Assembly (NCBI GenBank): GCA_963833985.1 | Contig: CAWIAD010000002.1 | Coordinates: 5,088,001 to 5,152,000 of the forward strand | Reading direction: 5' to 3' | Source: an uncultured Planctomycetaceae bacterium | GTDB lineage: Bacteria > Planctomycetota > Planctomycetia > Isosphaerales > Isosphaeraceae | DNA: 64,000 nucleotides | In this document: piece after piece, positions 42,065 to 52,458 of the stretch | Layout: each line of letters begins with the position of its first letter | Numbering within the stretch: the stretch's first letter is position 1 | The notes under the pieces: model-generated | The model's database searches: none | What the model saw: the letters and a program-made list of their open reading frames with translations, nothing else | What the model was told of the DNA's origin: nothing | Program-made: the position numbers and the translations under genes

Positions 42065-43156
42065 TCAGCTTAATTGCACTGGCAGTCGTTTCGGTCCCCA
42101 GGACCCCGGCGCCGGCTCGAACACGCCCGCGCACCGCGCCCGGCACCGCGGGCAGGTCCCCTCGGGCGTCAGGTTCCAGGCAGTCAGCCGGTACCAGTCG
42201 CGGCCGATCAGCAGCATGCCGCACTGGTGGCAGCGCGTGCTGTCGGCGTCGGGGTCGTGCACGTTCCCCACATACACGTACCATGCCCCGTTTTGAAGCG
42301 CGATCTGCCTCGCTCTGCGTAGCGTGGCCGGCGGTGTCGGGGGACGGTCGAGCATGCGGTGGTCGGGATGGAACGCCGAGAAATGAATTGGTACGTCGGG
42401 CCCAAGCTCCCCGACGACCCATTGCGTGAGCTTGTGCAACTCGGCCTCGGAATCGTTCTCTCCGGGGATCAGCAGCGCGGTCAGCTCGAACCAGACATTC
42501 GTCTCGTGCTTCAGGTACCGGAGCGTCTCGAGCACCGGCGCCAGCGACCCGGCACATACGTCGCGATAGAACCGTTCAGAGAACGCCTTGAGATCAACAT
42601 TGGCCGCGTCCATGACGCGATAGAATTCCGCGCACGGCTCGGCGCAGACCTCTCCCGCGGTGACAGCCACAGCCTTGATTCCCCGCGCATGGCAGGCCTG
42701 CGCGACATCAACGGCATACTCATGAAAGATCACGGGGTCGTTATAAGTGAAGGCGACGCTCCGGCAGCCCAGCCTCTCCGCGGCGCTCGCGATGGCCTCG
42801 GGGCTGGCGGAGTCGGCCAGCGTGTCCATCTCGCGCGACTTGGAGATGTCCCAGTTCTGGCAGAACTTGCAGCCCAGATTGCAGCCGGCCGTGCCGAACG
42901 AGAGCACTGGAGTGCCCGGCAGGAAGTGAGCCAGCGGTTTCTTCTCGATCGGGTCGATACAGTATCCGCTCGAGCGGCCATAGGTCGTGAGCACCACCTG
43001 TCCCTGCTCGCTGGCGCGAACAAAGCAGAAACCGCGCTGGCCTTCGTGTAGCTTGCAGAACCGCGGACAAAGATCACACTGCACTCGACCGTCATCAAGC
43101 CGGTGCCAGTATTTCGTTGGGATCGTCGATTTCATCGGTACCGCGGTGGCGCTCAT
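42065..43156 (-). CDS. amrS: AmmeMemoRadiSam system radical SAM enzyme
   Basis: CDLCPRFC, DPIEKKPL.HF.PG, CNLGCKFCQNWDIS, AFTYNDP, YVYVGNVHD. Confidence 0.93.
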   Translation of the reverse strand: MSATAVPMKSTIPTKYWHRLDDGRVQCDLCPRFCKLHEGQRGFCFVRASEQGQVVLTTYGRSSGYCIDPIEKKPLAHFLPGTPVLSFGTAGCNLGCKFCQNWDISKSREMDTLADSASPEAIASAAERLGCRSVAFTYNDPVIFHEYAVDVAQACHARGIKAVAVTAGEVCAEPCAEFYRVMDAANVDLKAFSERFYRDVCAGSLAPVLETLRYLKHETNVWFELTALLIPGENDSEAELHKLTQWVVGELGPDVPIHFSAFHPDHRMLDRPPTPPATLRRARQIALQNGAWYVYVGNVHDPDADSTRCHQCGMLLIGRDWYRLTAWNLTPEGTCPRCRARCAGVFEPAPGSWGPKRLPVQLS

Positions 43157-43228
43157 GGTTTCCCCTTCGCACATTCTATCAGGCCCTGGTTCATCGAGTT
43201 AGAATGAAAGGAAAAGTGGGGCCAAGGC

Positions 43229-44035
43229 ATGCGTGTACGTGCACCAGCCGTCGCCGGACTGTTTTATCCCGCGGACGCAAGCACGCTGCGCCGGCTGGTG
43301 ACCGAGCTGCTCGCAACCACTCGCGCACGGCCCGAAGGCCGGCCCAAGGCGCTGATCGTCCCACACGCCGGTTACGTTTACTCGGCCCCCATCGCGGCAT
43401 CAGGTCACGCCTGCCTCGAATTACAGCAGCCGCCGATCCAGCGCGTGGTATTGCTCGGCACCTGCCACACGCCTAACGTCAAAGGCATGGCCACCACCAC
43501 GGCTGACTTCTTCGAAACCCCGCTCGGCCGTGTTGCGGTGGATCGCGCTGGAGTGGAGAACGCGCTCCGCTTCCCACAGGTTCGGGTCAACGATCACACT
43601 CATGCCCGTGATCACGCACTGGAGGTGCAACTCCCTTTTCTCCAGGTTGTTCTGAACAGCGTCGAGATTGTTCCTTTCCTGGTGGGTCAGACCGATTCCG
43701 GGGCAGTATGCGAAGTCCTCGAGTCACTCTGGGGTGGAGAGGAAACACTCCTGATGGTGAGTTCCGACCTGAGTCACCATCATTCCTACGATCAAGCGAA
43801 AGCGCTGGATCGCGCCACGGCGAAAGCCATCGAAGAACTTGACGGCGCGTCCCTCGGCCCGAGTTCCGCATGCGGTCGGCACGCGATCGCCGGCCTGTTG
43901 CTCGCGGCGCACGGGGCCCATCTGACTTGCTGTCGACTCGACCTGCGCAATTCTGGCGACACCGCTGGCCCCCGCGACCATGTGGTCGGATATGGAGCCT
44001 GGTTGTTTTACACTGCCAGAGGGGCTTCGACCTGA
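43229..44035 (+). CDS. amrB: AmmeMemoRadiSam system protein B (MEMO1 family)
   Basis: RAPAVAGLFYP, VPHAGYVYS, HALEVQLPFLQ, SSDLSH, ACG, NSGD, VVGYGA. Confidence 0.93.
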   Translation: MRVRAPAVAGLFYPADASTLRRLVTELLATTRARPEGRPKALIVPHAGYVYSAPIAASGHACLELQQPPIQRVVLLGTCHTPNVKGMATTTADFFETPLGRVAVDRAGVENALRFPQVRVNDHTHARDHALEVQLPFLQVVLNSVEIVPFLVGQTDSGAVCEVLESLWGGEETLLMVSSDLSHHHSYDQAKALDRATAKAIEELDGASLGPSSACGRHAIAGLLLAAHGAHLTCCRLDLRNSGDTAGPRDHVVGYGAWLFYTARGAST

Positions 44036-44150
44036 AGTTCCCGAGGCCGCTTTGCGCCCATCCTCCACCCGTACAGCGTGTGTCCGTCCGATTCCGGGGG
44101 CGTTCGTGGACACGGTACACTCCGGGCCCCGGACGCTGGTTCTTCCGCAG

Positions 44151-45295
44151 TCAAAGCCGAGGTCGGGCGTCACGGCGACACAGGTCTACAAGGTGGCGGG
44201 CCACCCGAGACGCGCCGTCGGTGGGGAACGGAGGATGGAGAGAGGCTCCGCTGAGAGCCTGCTCGAGGGCCCGGTCCAGCCGGAAATCACGGAAGGCTCG
44301 AGCGGACACGGGGATCCCGCCACCCCAGGCGCAGAGCGCGCGGTCGAGTGCCCTGAACTCGGCAAAACCCTGGCGCGGCGGGTAAATGATCGGCGTGTGG
44401 CCGGCCATCGCCTCGCAGACCGTACCGTAGCCGGCCTTGGCCACCAGGCAGTCGGTCGAGGCAATCAGGTCGCTGCCTGTCCATTCGGCGGCCGGAATCA
44501 CGTGCAGGTTGGCAAGAGGCCCGACGGGTGCGGGATGATAGCCAACGAAGTGAACGCCCTTGCGTAAGTAGCTTTCCAGGCGCTGCCAGTCGAGATCGTC
44601 CTGGCCATATCGACCAATGTAAAAGTAGACCAGCGACTCCTTCGTACCGAGCCCCAGCAGGTCGCGCAGCTCCTTGCGGCGGTTGCGGCCGCGGTTGGCG
44701 ACCATGCCAACATTGAGCTGACGCGGCAGCCAGGCCATGCGCAGTGCGGGCTCGGCGCGGAAAACGGCGGTGGCCTGGCGGTAACAGCTTCTCAAAGCGG
44801 CGACTAGAGATCTCGCCTCCACCCCGACCTTCCGCGCGTGGGGTGCGTAGATGTCGGCCCAGGTGAAGTTGGCGAGCAGGAAACCTGGAATACCGGCGCA
44901 CGGGCTGCCACCAGAGGAAGCGCCGGACTGTCGCAGAGGAGAGCGTCGATGCGATCATCTCGCAGCCACTGCACTTCCTCGTCAAGCCGGAGCACGGCTC
45001 CGGAGTGAACCTGCGCTGCGTGCTCGAGGGTCGCCGGACCATCGGTGGCCGTGCTGTTTCCCGGGGGGTTCACCGCGCCGGCGTCCGAGACGTGTTCTGA
45101 AAGCTCCGCCGGGCGGCTCAGCCGCTCGCGCCAGTTGGGGAACAGGTTGGGGTGGCAGCGAATGACGATAGGCACGTCACCGGGCACGCGGTTGATCACG
45201 GCAACGGCCCGGTTGAGGTGGCCGAAGCCATGGCTCGTCACGTAAAAGGCAAGTTTCCCGGGCGGCGTGGGTCTGGAGGTTCTGCGATTGCTCAC
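44151..45295 (-). CDS. GT-B glycosyltransferase-like protein (frameshift near 44900)
   Basis: FYVTSHGFGHLNR, ANFTWAD, KAGYGTVCEA, R.GFAE motifs. Confidence 0.75.
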
Positions 45296-45317
45296 TCCTG
45301 GCAAAATCCTCATCTCT

Positions 45318-46433
45318 TCAGGCCGCGGATTGAGCCTTGATGGACGGACGCTGACCGGGACGGCTCGTCCAGATCACTCCGCCGAGGGTCAAGAGACCGC
45401 CCAGAAGGAGCGCGGGGCTGAGAGCCTCGTGGAAGAACCAGACGCCCCAGACGACGGTGAGAACCGGTGCCGCATTGCTGAACGTGGCCACCTGGCTGGC
45501 ATCAAGCCGCCGTAGCGACAGGTTCTGAAGCGCGAGGTTCAGCGGGGTCACCAGCAGAGCCAGGATGGCCAGGCTAGTCCATGCGGCCGACGACGCGCGG
45601 CCAATCATGGGAAGCCAGCCGGGCAAGGTGACAAGTGCGATGGGCAACTCCAGCAAACACCCGAGGAGGAACGTCCCCGCCAGCACAGGCAGGGCACCGT
45701 GGCGCACCACCAGCGGCTTGCTCAGTGTGAGGTAGGCTCCCCAGGAGATGACGGCACCGATCAAGAGCAGGTCAGCCAGCATGATCGAGCGAGTCTCCGC
45801 CGGTGAGGCGGAACTTCCGCCCCAGAGGTTCCCCAACCCGATGACGGCCACGCCGGCGATGCTGGCCAGCACACCCCAGAGACGCCTGAGATCCAGCGCC
45901 TCGTGACCCAGCAGCCAGGCAAGAACCCAGACCACCAGCGGACAGACGGCGTAAAAAAGACCCACGTGCGAATTTGGGCCGAAGCGAGTGGCGTTCAGAA
46001 AGAAACTCTGGTTGATCGGCACACAGAACGCCGCAACCAGCAGCAAACGCAGGGGATCCTCGCGCAGGAGGCGCCGGAGGGCGGCCCGGTCCGTCAGAAA
46101 GGGGATCAAGCACAGTCCGGCGAAACCGAATCGCAGGAGCGGCAAGATGCCGACCGGCAGCTCGCGGACGGCCACCATCGCGAACGGCGACGTGGTCGAC
46201 CCGAACAGGACCATCAGTGACAGATAGATGTAACCGCGGAGATCGGGCCGGCAAGAACCTGCAAGGACGCGGTCGTGCAGCTCGGGATGGGGATGAGCTG
46301 CTGATGGCTGACTCGATTCGAGAGGCCTTCGCACCTCCGATTCAGGACACTTCGACTTGGCCACTGCGACGCTCATCACTGATCCCGTTTTCTCGTGATT
46401 TCCGTTTGTGGATCCGGCGCTTCCAGGATTCAC
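45318..46433 (-). CDS. DMT/EamA family transporter
   Basis: About 10 TM helices in two EamA repeats; start uncertain. Confidence 0.85.
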   Translation of the reverse strand: MNPGSAGSTNGNHEKTGSVMSVAVAKSKCPESEVRRPLESSQPSAAHPHPELHDRVLAGSCRPDLRGYIYLSLMVLFGSTTSPFAMVAVRELPVGILPLLRFGFAGLCLIPFLTDRAALRRLLREDPLRLLLVAAFCVPINQSFFLNATRFGPNSHVGLFYAVCPLVVWVLAWLLGHEALDLRRLWGVLASIAGVAVIGLGNLWGGSSASPAETRSIMLADLLLIGAVISWGAYLTLSKPLVVRHGALPVLAGTFLLGCLLELPIALVTLPGWLPMIGRASSAAWTSLAILALLVTPLNLALQNLSLRRLDASQVATFSNAAPVLTVVWGVWFFHEALSPALLLGGLLTLGGVIWTSRPGQRPSIKAQSAA

Positions 46434-46605
46434 CGGTTGCGCTGGATCATCTTAAGGCTTCCGGCAAGCCAGCAGCGCAGACCGTCTGTGTGCAGGGAAG
46501 ACGGTACCCGGAAGATGGAGACGACCGGCAGCTCGCGGGTTCGCGATGACGCGGGCGGCGCCGGGACGATTCTTCCGCCCAGGCTGCAACGGCGTGCGTT
46601 CGAAA

Positions 46606-46642
46606 GCGAAAAGGGCGGGTCGTTCGACGTCCCACCCTTCGC
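46606..46642 (-). terminator. Intrinsic terminator
   Basis: Minus strand AAGGGTGGGA..loop..CCCGCCCTTTTCGCTTT after the 46711 stop. Confidence 0.55.
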
Positions 46643-46710
46643 AAGCTTGAATATAGGGATTACGACCGGGTGCCGCAAGGCGGAACCCGACCCGGCTTGA
46701 CCGGTCAGAG

Positions 46711-48024
46711 TCAGAACCGCACCTGGGCGATTGGCCAGGAGTCGGCCCGGTGGTCGTGCGACCGCTGGAAGGCGCGTTCCCGTTCCAGACGGGTTTGCTC
46801 GTGCAGTCCGCGATAGAGTTGTTCTTCGGCGTCAGTGAACGTCTTGCCGCGCCGACCCATGACGATACGCGCGGTGGCGAACATTTGCTCGAGCGAGAAC
46901 CCGGGACCTACCCGCCCGTACAGGACGGCAGTGAACGAGGGAACATGCTTGGGCAAGAGCAGCCCGGCGGGAAGGACGTTGCACATCACCCCGATTGCCG
47001 TCCCCGTGTTGAGCATGGAGCCCATGCCGGTGCGGGTGTGATCACCCACGAAGCAGCCAACCTTGGCCTGTCCGGTCGGTACGGGATCGCCCTGGAGCGG
47101 AACGAAGACCTCGCCGTAGTCGTTGCGCAGGTCGCTGTTCGAGGTGATGGCGCCCAGGTTCACCCACTCCCCGATGTAGGCGTGGCCCAGAAAGCCCTCG
47201 TGATACTTGTTGGAGAACCCGTGGACGATAGTGGCCTCCACCTCGCCACCGATCCGGCAATTGGGGCCGATCGACACGGACCCTCGAATGTTGGCTCGGA
47301 AGAGCTGAGTCTCCGGGCCGATGTAGCACGGCCCTTCCACCCGCGTGAACGGCTGCACCCAGACCTTGGGGGCAACGATGATCGGTCCGTTGGTGGTGTC
47401 GAAGACCGTATACGGGTCGATGCGAGCGGTTTCGTGAATCCGCAGCAGGTTGGACGGCCCTACCAGGGCCAGCGTCGAGAGCTGCCGGTTGGTGACACCG
47501 TTGCGCCTGGCCTCTCGGAAATCACGTTCGATGTAGGATCCGTTGCGAGCGACCAGATCCCAGGGCCGGAAGATCCATTCACCCTCAACGTCCACTGCCG
47601 GCTGACGCTCGGCGATCCTGTCGAACCAGGAGTCAATTCCGTGGGGGTCGAGGGCGACCGCATCCTCCGGTCCAACCAGCGCGCAGGCGGGCTGACCATC
47701 ACAGAGCCCGACCCACGGACCGCACATTTCCGGAACAAGAAAACCCGACGGCGGCACCCACCGCGAATTGGCCACGATGACCGGGCCTCGCGCCAGCCAG
47801 TCTCGATCGTTGACAACCATGTGAGGGTCACGCTCGCGCTGGACCGCCACCAGGTGCGAGCGCACCACGCCCCCGCGACGCTGCGGCCCGGGGCCAATGT
47901 CAAATGCGCTGGCGATCTTGCAGCCCAGCGTGGTACACCCGAGCCACAACTCATACATCGGCCGCGTGAGCGTGAGCGGCTCCAGTCCAGCAACGGCGAT
48001 GTCTTCTACCAGGCAAAGACGCAT
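46711..48024 (-). CDS. GlmU-related putative sugar nucleotidyltransferase with left-handed beta-helix
   Basis: LEPLTLTRP.YEL, hexapeptide repeats, NKYHEGFLGHAYIGEWVNLGA.T.NSDL.NDY. Confidence 0.85.
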   Translation of the reverse strand: MRLCLVEDIAVAGLEPLTLTRPMYELWLGCTTLGCKIASAFDIGPGPQRRGGVVRSHLVAVQRERDPHMVVNDRDWLARGPVIVANSRWVPPSGFLVPEMCGPWVGLCDGQPACALVGPEDAVALDPHGIDSWFDRIAERQPAVDVEGEWIFRPWDLVARNGSYIERDFREARRNGVTNRQLSTLALVGPSNLLRIHETARIDPYTVFDTTNGPIIVAPKVWVQPFTRVEGPCYIGPETQLFRANIRGSVSIGPNCRIGGEVEATIVHGFSNKYHEGFLGHAYIGEWVNLGAITSNSDLRNDYGEVFVPLQGDPVPTGQAKVGCFVGDHTRTGMGSMLNTGTAIGVMCNVLPAGLLLPKHVPSFTAVLYGRVGPGFSLEQMFATARIVMGRRGKTFTDAEEQLYRGLHEQTRLERERAFQRSHDHRADSWPIAQVRF

Positions 48025-48182
48025 TTCCCACTCCTCGGTTCGAGGGCTGTGGCGGTGATTCAAACAGATCCGGACGCATCGGTCCAGCCGAGCTGGCTCG
48101 CCTGACCGCGAATCTTCAGCGAGATGATTTGCAGATCCTAAGCAGACCGGCCCCAGATCTCCAGCCGGAAGAGTCCATTTCA

Positions 48183-48683
48183 TCAATCTTGCGATCTTGC
48201 GTTGTTAATTGGCAACAAACTGACATGATTGCTTGCAGTATCGATGAGCGCAACGGTCCATACGCGGGCGCGATGGAGGGCCCCCGGGTTGATCCGCCGG
48301 GTCGGTCCTTCCTGTACATCGCGGGCCTGATGAGTGTGGCCCGACAGGAGGTATTCCGGTGAAAAAGCCGCAAGACGCAGGATCTCGTGTTCCGAATCAC
48401 CATGGGTGACCGCGAGGCTGTGATTGCCCAGAGAGATCAACCCGCCTCTTTCCAGACACGTGCCACCGGTGTCGATGATGGCCCGTCTCAAGCTCTCGCG
48501 GTCATCGTCACAGTTTCCAAAAACATAATAGCAAGGGAGGGTTGCGCACTGGTGGACGACCTCGGGACCAGTCAGGTCGCCACAGTGGATCAACGTGGTG
48601 GCACCCGCGTCGATCAGGGTGGCAACGGCCAGCCCGGTTCGCTCTACCTGGTCGTGGGTGTCTGACAGAACGCCGATCCGCAT
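48183..48683 (-). CDS. YfcE/MJ0936-family metallophosphoesterase
   Basis: SDTH, HCGD, GNCD, THG, GHTH, INPG. Confidence 0.9.
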   Translation of the reverse strand: MRIGVLSDTHDQVERTGLAVATLIDAGATTLIHCGDLTGPEVVHQCATLPCYYVFGNCDDDRESLRRAIIDTGGTCLERGGLISLGNHSLAVTHGDSEHEILRLAAFSPEYLLSGHTHQARDVQEGPTRRINPGALHRARVWTVALIDTASNHVSLLPINNARSQD

Positions 48684-48854
48684 GGCGGGTCTCCTCATGA
48701 CGGGCGCCGCGGGCGGCAGCCGCCAGGGTCTACTGTTCGAACGGGAGCAGCCAGCGGTCGTCCCTCGCAGGGTGCGCTTTGCGGAGCGAGGCCACCAGAC
48801 AATCGATCACTCGCACCCTGTGCAGAATCGATTCCCGCCGTTACAATTTTACTA

Positions 48855-49022
48855 GGTTCCTGTGGTGAGTCTCGGAACGAACGCCGTTTTCGCGGTTCGC
48901 CTTCGGAGCCTGCACCTGATCCGCAGGTCGGGTGCGCGGTCGGTTGAAGAAGCAACCGATCGCCGGGAGCGATTGGTCCTGACGATCCGCTCGTCAAGAG
49001 GATCAGGCGTTCCCCGGTTTTT
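48855..49022 (+). ncRNA. Candidate structured RNA/leader of unknown family
   Basis: TACAAT at 48842, four consecutive hairpins with G-U pairs favouring the plus strand, ending in a stem plus T5. Confidence 0.35.
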
Positions 49023-49380
49023 CCCGCGTCGCGCGGGGAGGTGTTGCATGGCCACCGCAACCAAGATTTCGAACGGCCGCCAAGGCTCCGGTCCGCCGGC
49101 CGTATGATCCCGTTTCTCCTTCAGATCTCGACTCGTGCCAAGTCTCTTCATCTCCGACCCCAGTCGCTCGTGAGCAAGAGCCATTAGAAAACGCCGCACG
49201 CCGGCAAGAGGCGCCGGAAGCCTGGCAGTCGCGCCGGTCTGAGGCCCCCGATGCGGGACGGGGAAAACCCTGCCCGGATCATGAGACGTTCACTCGGGGT
49301 CGCAGCATGAGCTAACACCCCGGTCCGGCGGCTTGCTGCCTGGCTGCATTCCGCGTCCGACATGGTTCCCGTGAAGCCAA

Positions 49381-51174
49381 TCAGGCTCCTGCAACGCCTG
49401 CGGTCCAGATGTGCGCGTAGAACCAGACGATCAGGCCGACGATCAGGGCGAGGGCGAGACTGTGCCAGAGCACAGCGCGTAACAGGTCCCCCTCCCGACC
49501 TCCCTCGCCGGTCGCCGCGGCCGCAACGACGATCGATTGGGCGTCGATCATCTTGCCCATCACCCCACCGGTGGAGTTCGCCGCGGCCATCAGGACGGGA
49601 GCAAGCTGAAGCTTGATGGCGGTGATCTTTTGAAGATTGCCGAAGAGCACGTTGCTCGATGTATCAGACCCGGTGAGCGCCACGCCCAGCCACCCCAGCA
49701 AGGTCCCGAAGATCGGGTAAAGCCACCTTCCGGTCCGCGTGAAGGCAAGCCCAAGTACCGCGTCCATGCCGGAATACTTGGTCACGAAACCGAGCCCAAG
49801 CATGCAAACAATTGCAAGAATGGCCGGAGCCATTCTGGTCAAGGTGCCGGCAAACAACCGGACCAGGCCGGCTGGTGATACGCCCAGCAGCAGCCCGCTC
49901 AAGATGGCTGCCAGAAAAACGGCCGTCCCTGTCGATGAGAGCGGGACCACCTCAACCTGGGCTTTCTCGAGATCCTCGCCCCGCGGCGTTTCATGTCCCG
50001 TGACTGCGCCTCCCTTTGCCACCCGGAGATGGAGCCCGGGGATGACCGGCTTCCAGGAGAGCCTGGCATCCAGCCAGTCCTTGGCAGCGGGCGTGCCCCA
50101 GGGCTTGATCGCGGGAATCCCCCAGGCGAGGACCGTGATCGTGAGCAGGGCGAAAGGCATCCAGGCCCGAAGAACCTGTCCTGAAGTGAGGCCGGAGCTC
50201 CCGTGGATCAGCGCGTTTTGATCCGGGTCCACGCGGGGCGGACCGCTTGCATCCGGCAGCGACGAATCGGTCTCGTGGCTGAAGCGCCAGACCCGATGAG
50301 GCTTCCAGGCGCGCATCACGATCACCCCAGCTGCCATGCTCGAAACGGAGGCCACGATATCCACCAGCTCGAAGCCCACCAGGTTCGACCAGAGGAACTG
50401 GACGCCGGCAAAGGTCCCGCCGATGACGCCCAGCGGGAGCCAGACCTCGGCAGTCGCACGCCAGCTGCTCATGGTTCTGACCAGCCAGAACGGGATCAGC
50501 AGCGACAGGATGGGCAGGATTCGCCCACACATGGCGCTGAGAGCCTCGACATCCAGACCGGTAACGGCGCTGAGGGTGCGGAGCGGTGTTCCGATGCCTC
50601 CCCACGCGACCGGGGCCGTATTGGCGATCAGGCAGAGCAAGGCAGCCTGGAATGGCTGGAACCCCAGGCCGACCAGGAAGGCAGCCGAGATCGCGACCGG
50701 GGCACCGAAGCCGGCCGCCCCTTCGATGAACGCACCGAAAGAGAACGCCACCAGCACCGCCTGGAGCCGGCGATCTCCCGAGAGTCCAGCCACCGAAGCC
50801 TTCATCACTTCAAATTGCCCCGTCGAGACGGCGATGTCGTAGAGGAAAACCGCCGCCACGATCAGCCAGACAACCCGGAAAACGGCAAAGACCACACCGA
50901 CCGCGGCGCTGGAGAGGATCATCCGGGCCGGCATGCCGAACACCAAGAACGCGATCAGGCAGGCAGTCGCCAGGCCAACCAGCGCCGAGAGGCTCGCCTT
51001 CAGGCGGCCCCAGGCCAAGAGACCCAGGAGCACGAAGACGGGCAAGGCGGCCGCAAGGGTCGATGCGGGCCAGTAGCCGAGAGGATCATAGTTTTGCACC
51101 CACCGCACCCCACACACTCCACGCCCCCCCAGGAGGCGAAATGAACCGGCTCGAGCTGCGACTGATGATCCCAT
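49381..51174 (-). CDS. lctP: L-lactate permease
   Basis: WVQNYDPLG, FGAFIEGAAGFGAP, ANTAPVAWG, TGSDTSSN.LFG.LQ, GKMIDAQS; start may be GTG 51108. Confidence 0.9.
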   Translation of the reverse strand: MGSSVAARAGSFRLLGGRGVCGVRWVQNYDPLGYWPASTLAAALPVFVLLGLLAWGRLKASLSALVGLATACLIAFLVFGMPARMILSSAAVGVVFAVFRVVWLIVAAVFLYDIAVSTGQFEVMKASVAGLSGDRRLQAVLVAFSFGAFIEGAAGFGAPVAISAAFLVGLGFQPFQAALLCLIANTAPVAWGGIGTPLRTLSAVTGLDVEALSAMCGRILPILSLLIPFWLVRTMSSWRATAEVWLPLGVIGGTFAGVQFLWSNLVGFELVDIVASVSSMAAGVIVMRAWKPHRVWRFSHETDSSLPDASGPPRVDPDQNALIHGSSGLTSGQVLRAWMPFALLTITVLAWGIPAIKPWGTPAAKDWLDARLSWKPVIPGLHLRVAKGGAVTGHETPRGEDLEKAQVEVVPLSSTGTAVFLAAILSGLLLGVSPAGLVRLFAGTLTRMAPAILAIVCMLGLGFVTKYSGMDAVLGLAFTRTGRWLYPIFGTLLGWLGVALTGSDTSSNVLFGNLQKITAIKLQLAPVLMAAANSTGGVMGKMIDAQSIVVAAAATGEGGREGDLLRAVLWHSLALALIVGLIVWFYAHIWTAGVAGA

Positions 51175-51349
51175 CGCTTCCTGGCTTACTGAGGATACGC
51201 GACGCGTGAGTCCGACGCGATGATCCTATTCCACCATGGGGCACGCCCCACGGACCCTGGATTCGGAGTGAAGGCCAGACCGCCACGAACGGAAGGGGTC
51301 ATGTCGCCGAGTTTTCGGTGTTGAGCACTTTTCAGTGGCCGGTGTCGTC

Positions 51350-51379
51350 TTGACCGAGGGCCTGGTAAGGGGTTAAAGT
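51350..51379 (+). promoter_or_regulatory. Putative sigma70 promoter for the hpf-pts genes
   Basis: TTGACC-N18-TAAAGT. Confidence 0.4.
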
Positions 51380-51440
51380 TCGATGTCGCCATTTCTCGCT
51401 GACGGCGAGCTTGGCAGAGAGATAGAGAAGGAGCGGATGC

Positions 51441-51800
51441 GTGCAAATCGAGATCTCGACGCGGCACGGTGCCTTGAATCCCGAGCAGCACAAGCATTTG
51501 CATGAAAAGGCCGAAAAGCTGCTCAAATACTTTGGTCGGCTGATGGCCATCGAGGTGGCCGTCGATCAGGGAAAGCAAGCCTGGGACGTCGAGATTCTGG
51601 CTTCCGCTGAACACAAGCACGATTTTGTCGCCCGTGAGGTTGGCCCCACGCCCGAGTCGGCGATGGATCTGTGCGTTCACAAGATCGAGAATCAACTGCG
51701 ACGTTACAAGGAGAAGGTCCAGAACCACAAAGGCGACGTTTCTCAGGCGGGGGATATACCCCAGTCTTCCGACCAGTCCGCTCCTCCCGAGGCGACCTGA
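51441..51800 (+). CDS. hpf: Ribosome hibernation factor HPF/RaiA
   Basis: MQIEISTRH...AMDLCVHKIENQLRRYKEK; AAGGAG RBS. Confidence 0.9.
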   Translation: MQIEISTRHGALNPEQHKHLHEKAEKLLKYFGRLMAIEVAVDQGKQAWDVEILASAEHKHDFVAREVGPTPESAMDLCVHKIENQLRRYKEKVQNHKGDVSQAGDIPQSSDQSAPPEAT

Positions 51801-51987
51801 ACCGATCCCAGAGAGGTCGAGACCGGCGTAGGGCCTTGAATCCGGCATTTCGTTGCCGTCGCCATGTCAAGAATTGCCGCGGGCTGGTGTCCGTCGTCCT
51901 CCCGGCGCAGACCCTCCCGTACGAGCCTGGAGATGACGCTGCCAGGTCAAGTAAGTATCGCCTGGCAAGCGATGTATGGAGGGGCGG

Positions 51988-52458
51988 ATGAAGCTTGCGG
52001 ATTTCGTGATCAGGGATTCCATCGTTGTTGATTTACAAGCAACCGGCAAGGAAGAGGCGATTCGCGAGATGGTCGGCAGCCTGCACAAGGCCGGCCAGCT
52101 TGCGGCTGGCGACGTGGAGAGCGTGATCCGGGCCATTCTTGGTCGTGAGGAGCTAGGCTCGACGGGAATCGGGATGGGTGTCGCCGTGCCTCATACCCGC
52201 CATCCCACGCTCACCCGTCTGATCGGCACCGTCGCGCTCTCGCGGCGGGGTGTGAACTTTGCAGCACTGGACGGCGAACCCGTGAACATTTTTTTCCTGC
52301 TGGTCTCTCCGCAAAACCAGCCCGGAGATCATCTCAGAGCTCTGGAGAATATATCGCGACATCTGAAAGACGAGCGTTTCGTCAGCTTTCTGCGTCAGGC
52401 GCGAAGCCGGCAGGATGTCGTCGACGTGCTCGAGGAAGCCGATCAGAATTCGCCTTGA
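51988..52458 (+). CDS. ptsN: PTS IIA component (nitrogen-regulatory/fructose type)
   Basis: REELGSTGIGMGVAVPH, FAALDGEPV, HLRAL. Confidence 0.9.
   Translation: MKLADFVIRDSIVVDLQATGKEEAIREMVGSLHKAGQLAAGDVESVIRAILGREELGSTGIGMGVAVPHTRHPTLTRLIGTVALSRRGVNFAALDGEPVNIFFLLVSPQNQPGDHLRALENISRHLKDERFVSFLRQARSRQDVVDVLEEADQNSP

Noticed and set aside
48855..49022. Assignment to TPP, glycine riboswitch, SRP or 6S RNA
   Set aside because: Only isolated words match (ACCTGATC, CCGAAGG, GAAGCA); the required flanking consensus elements are missing.
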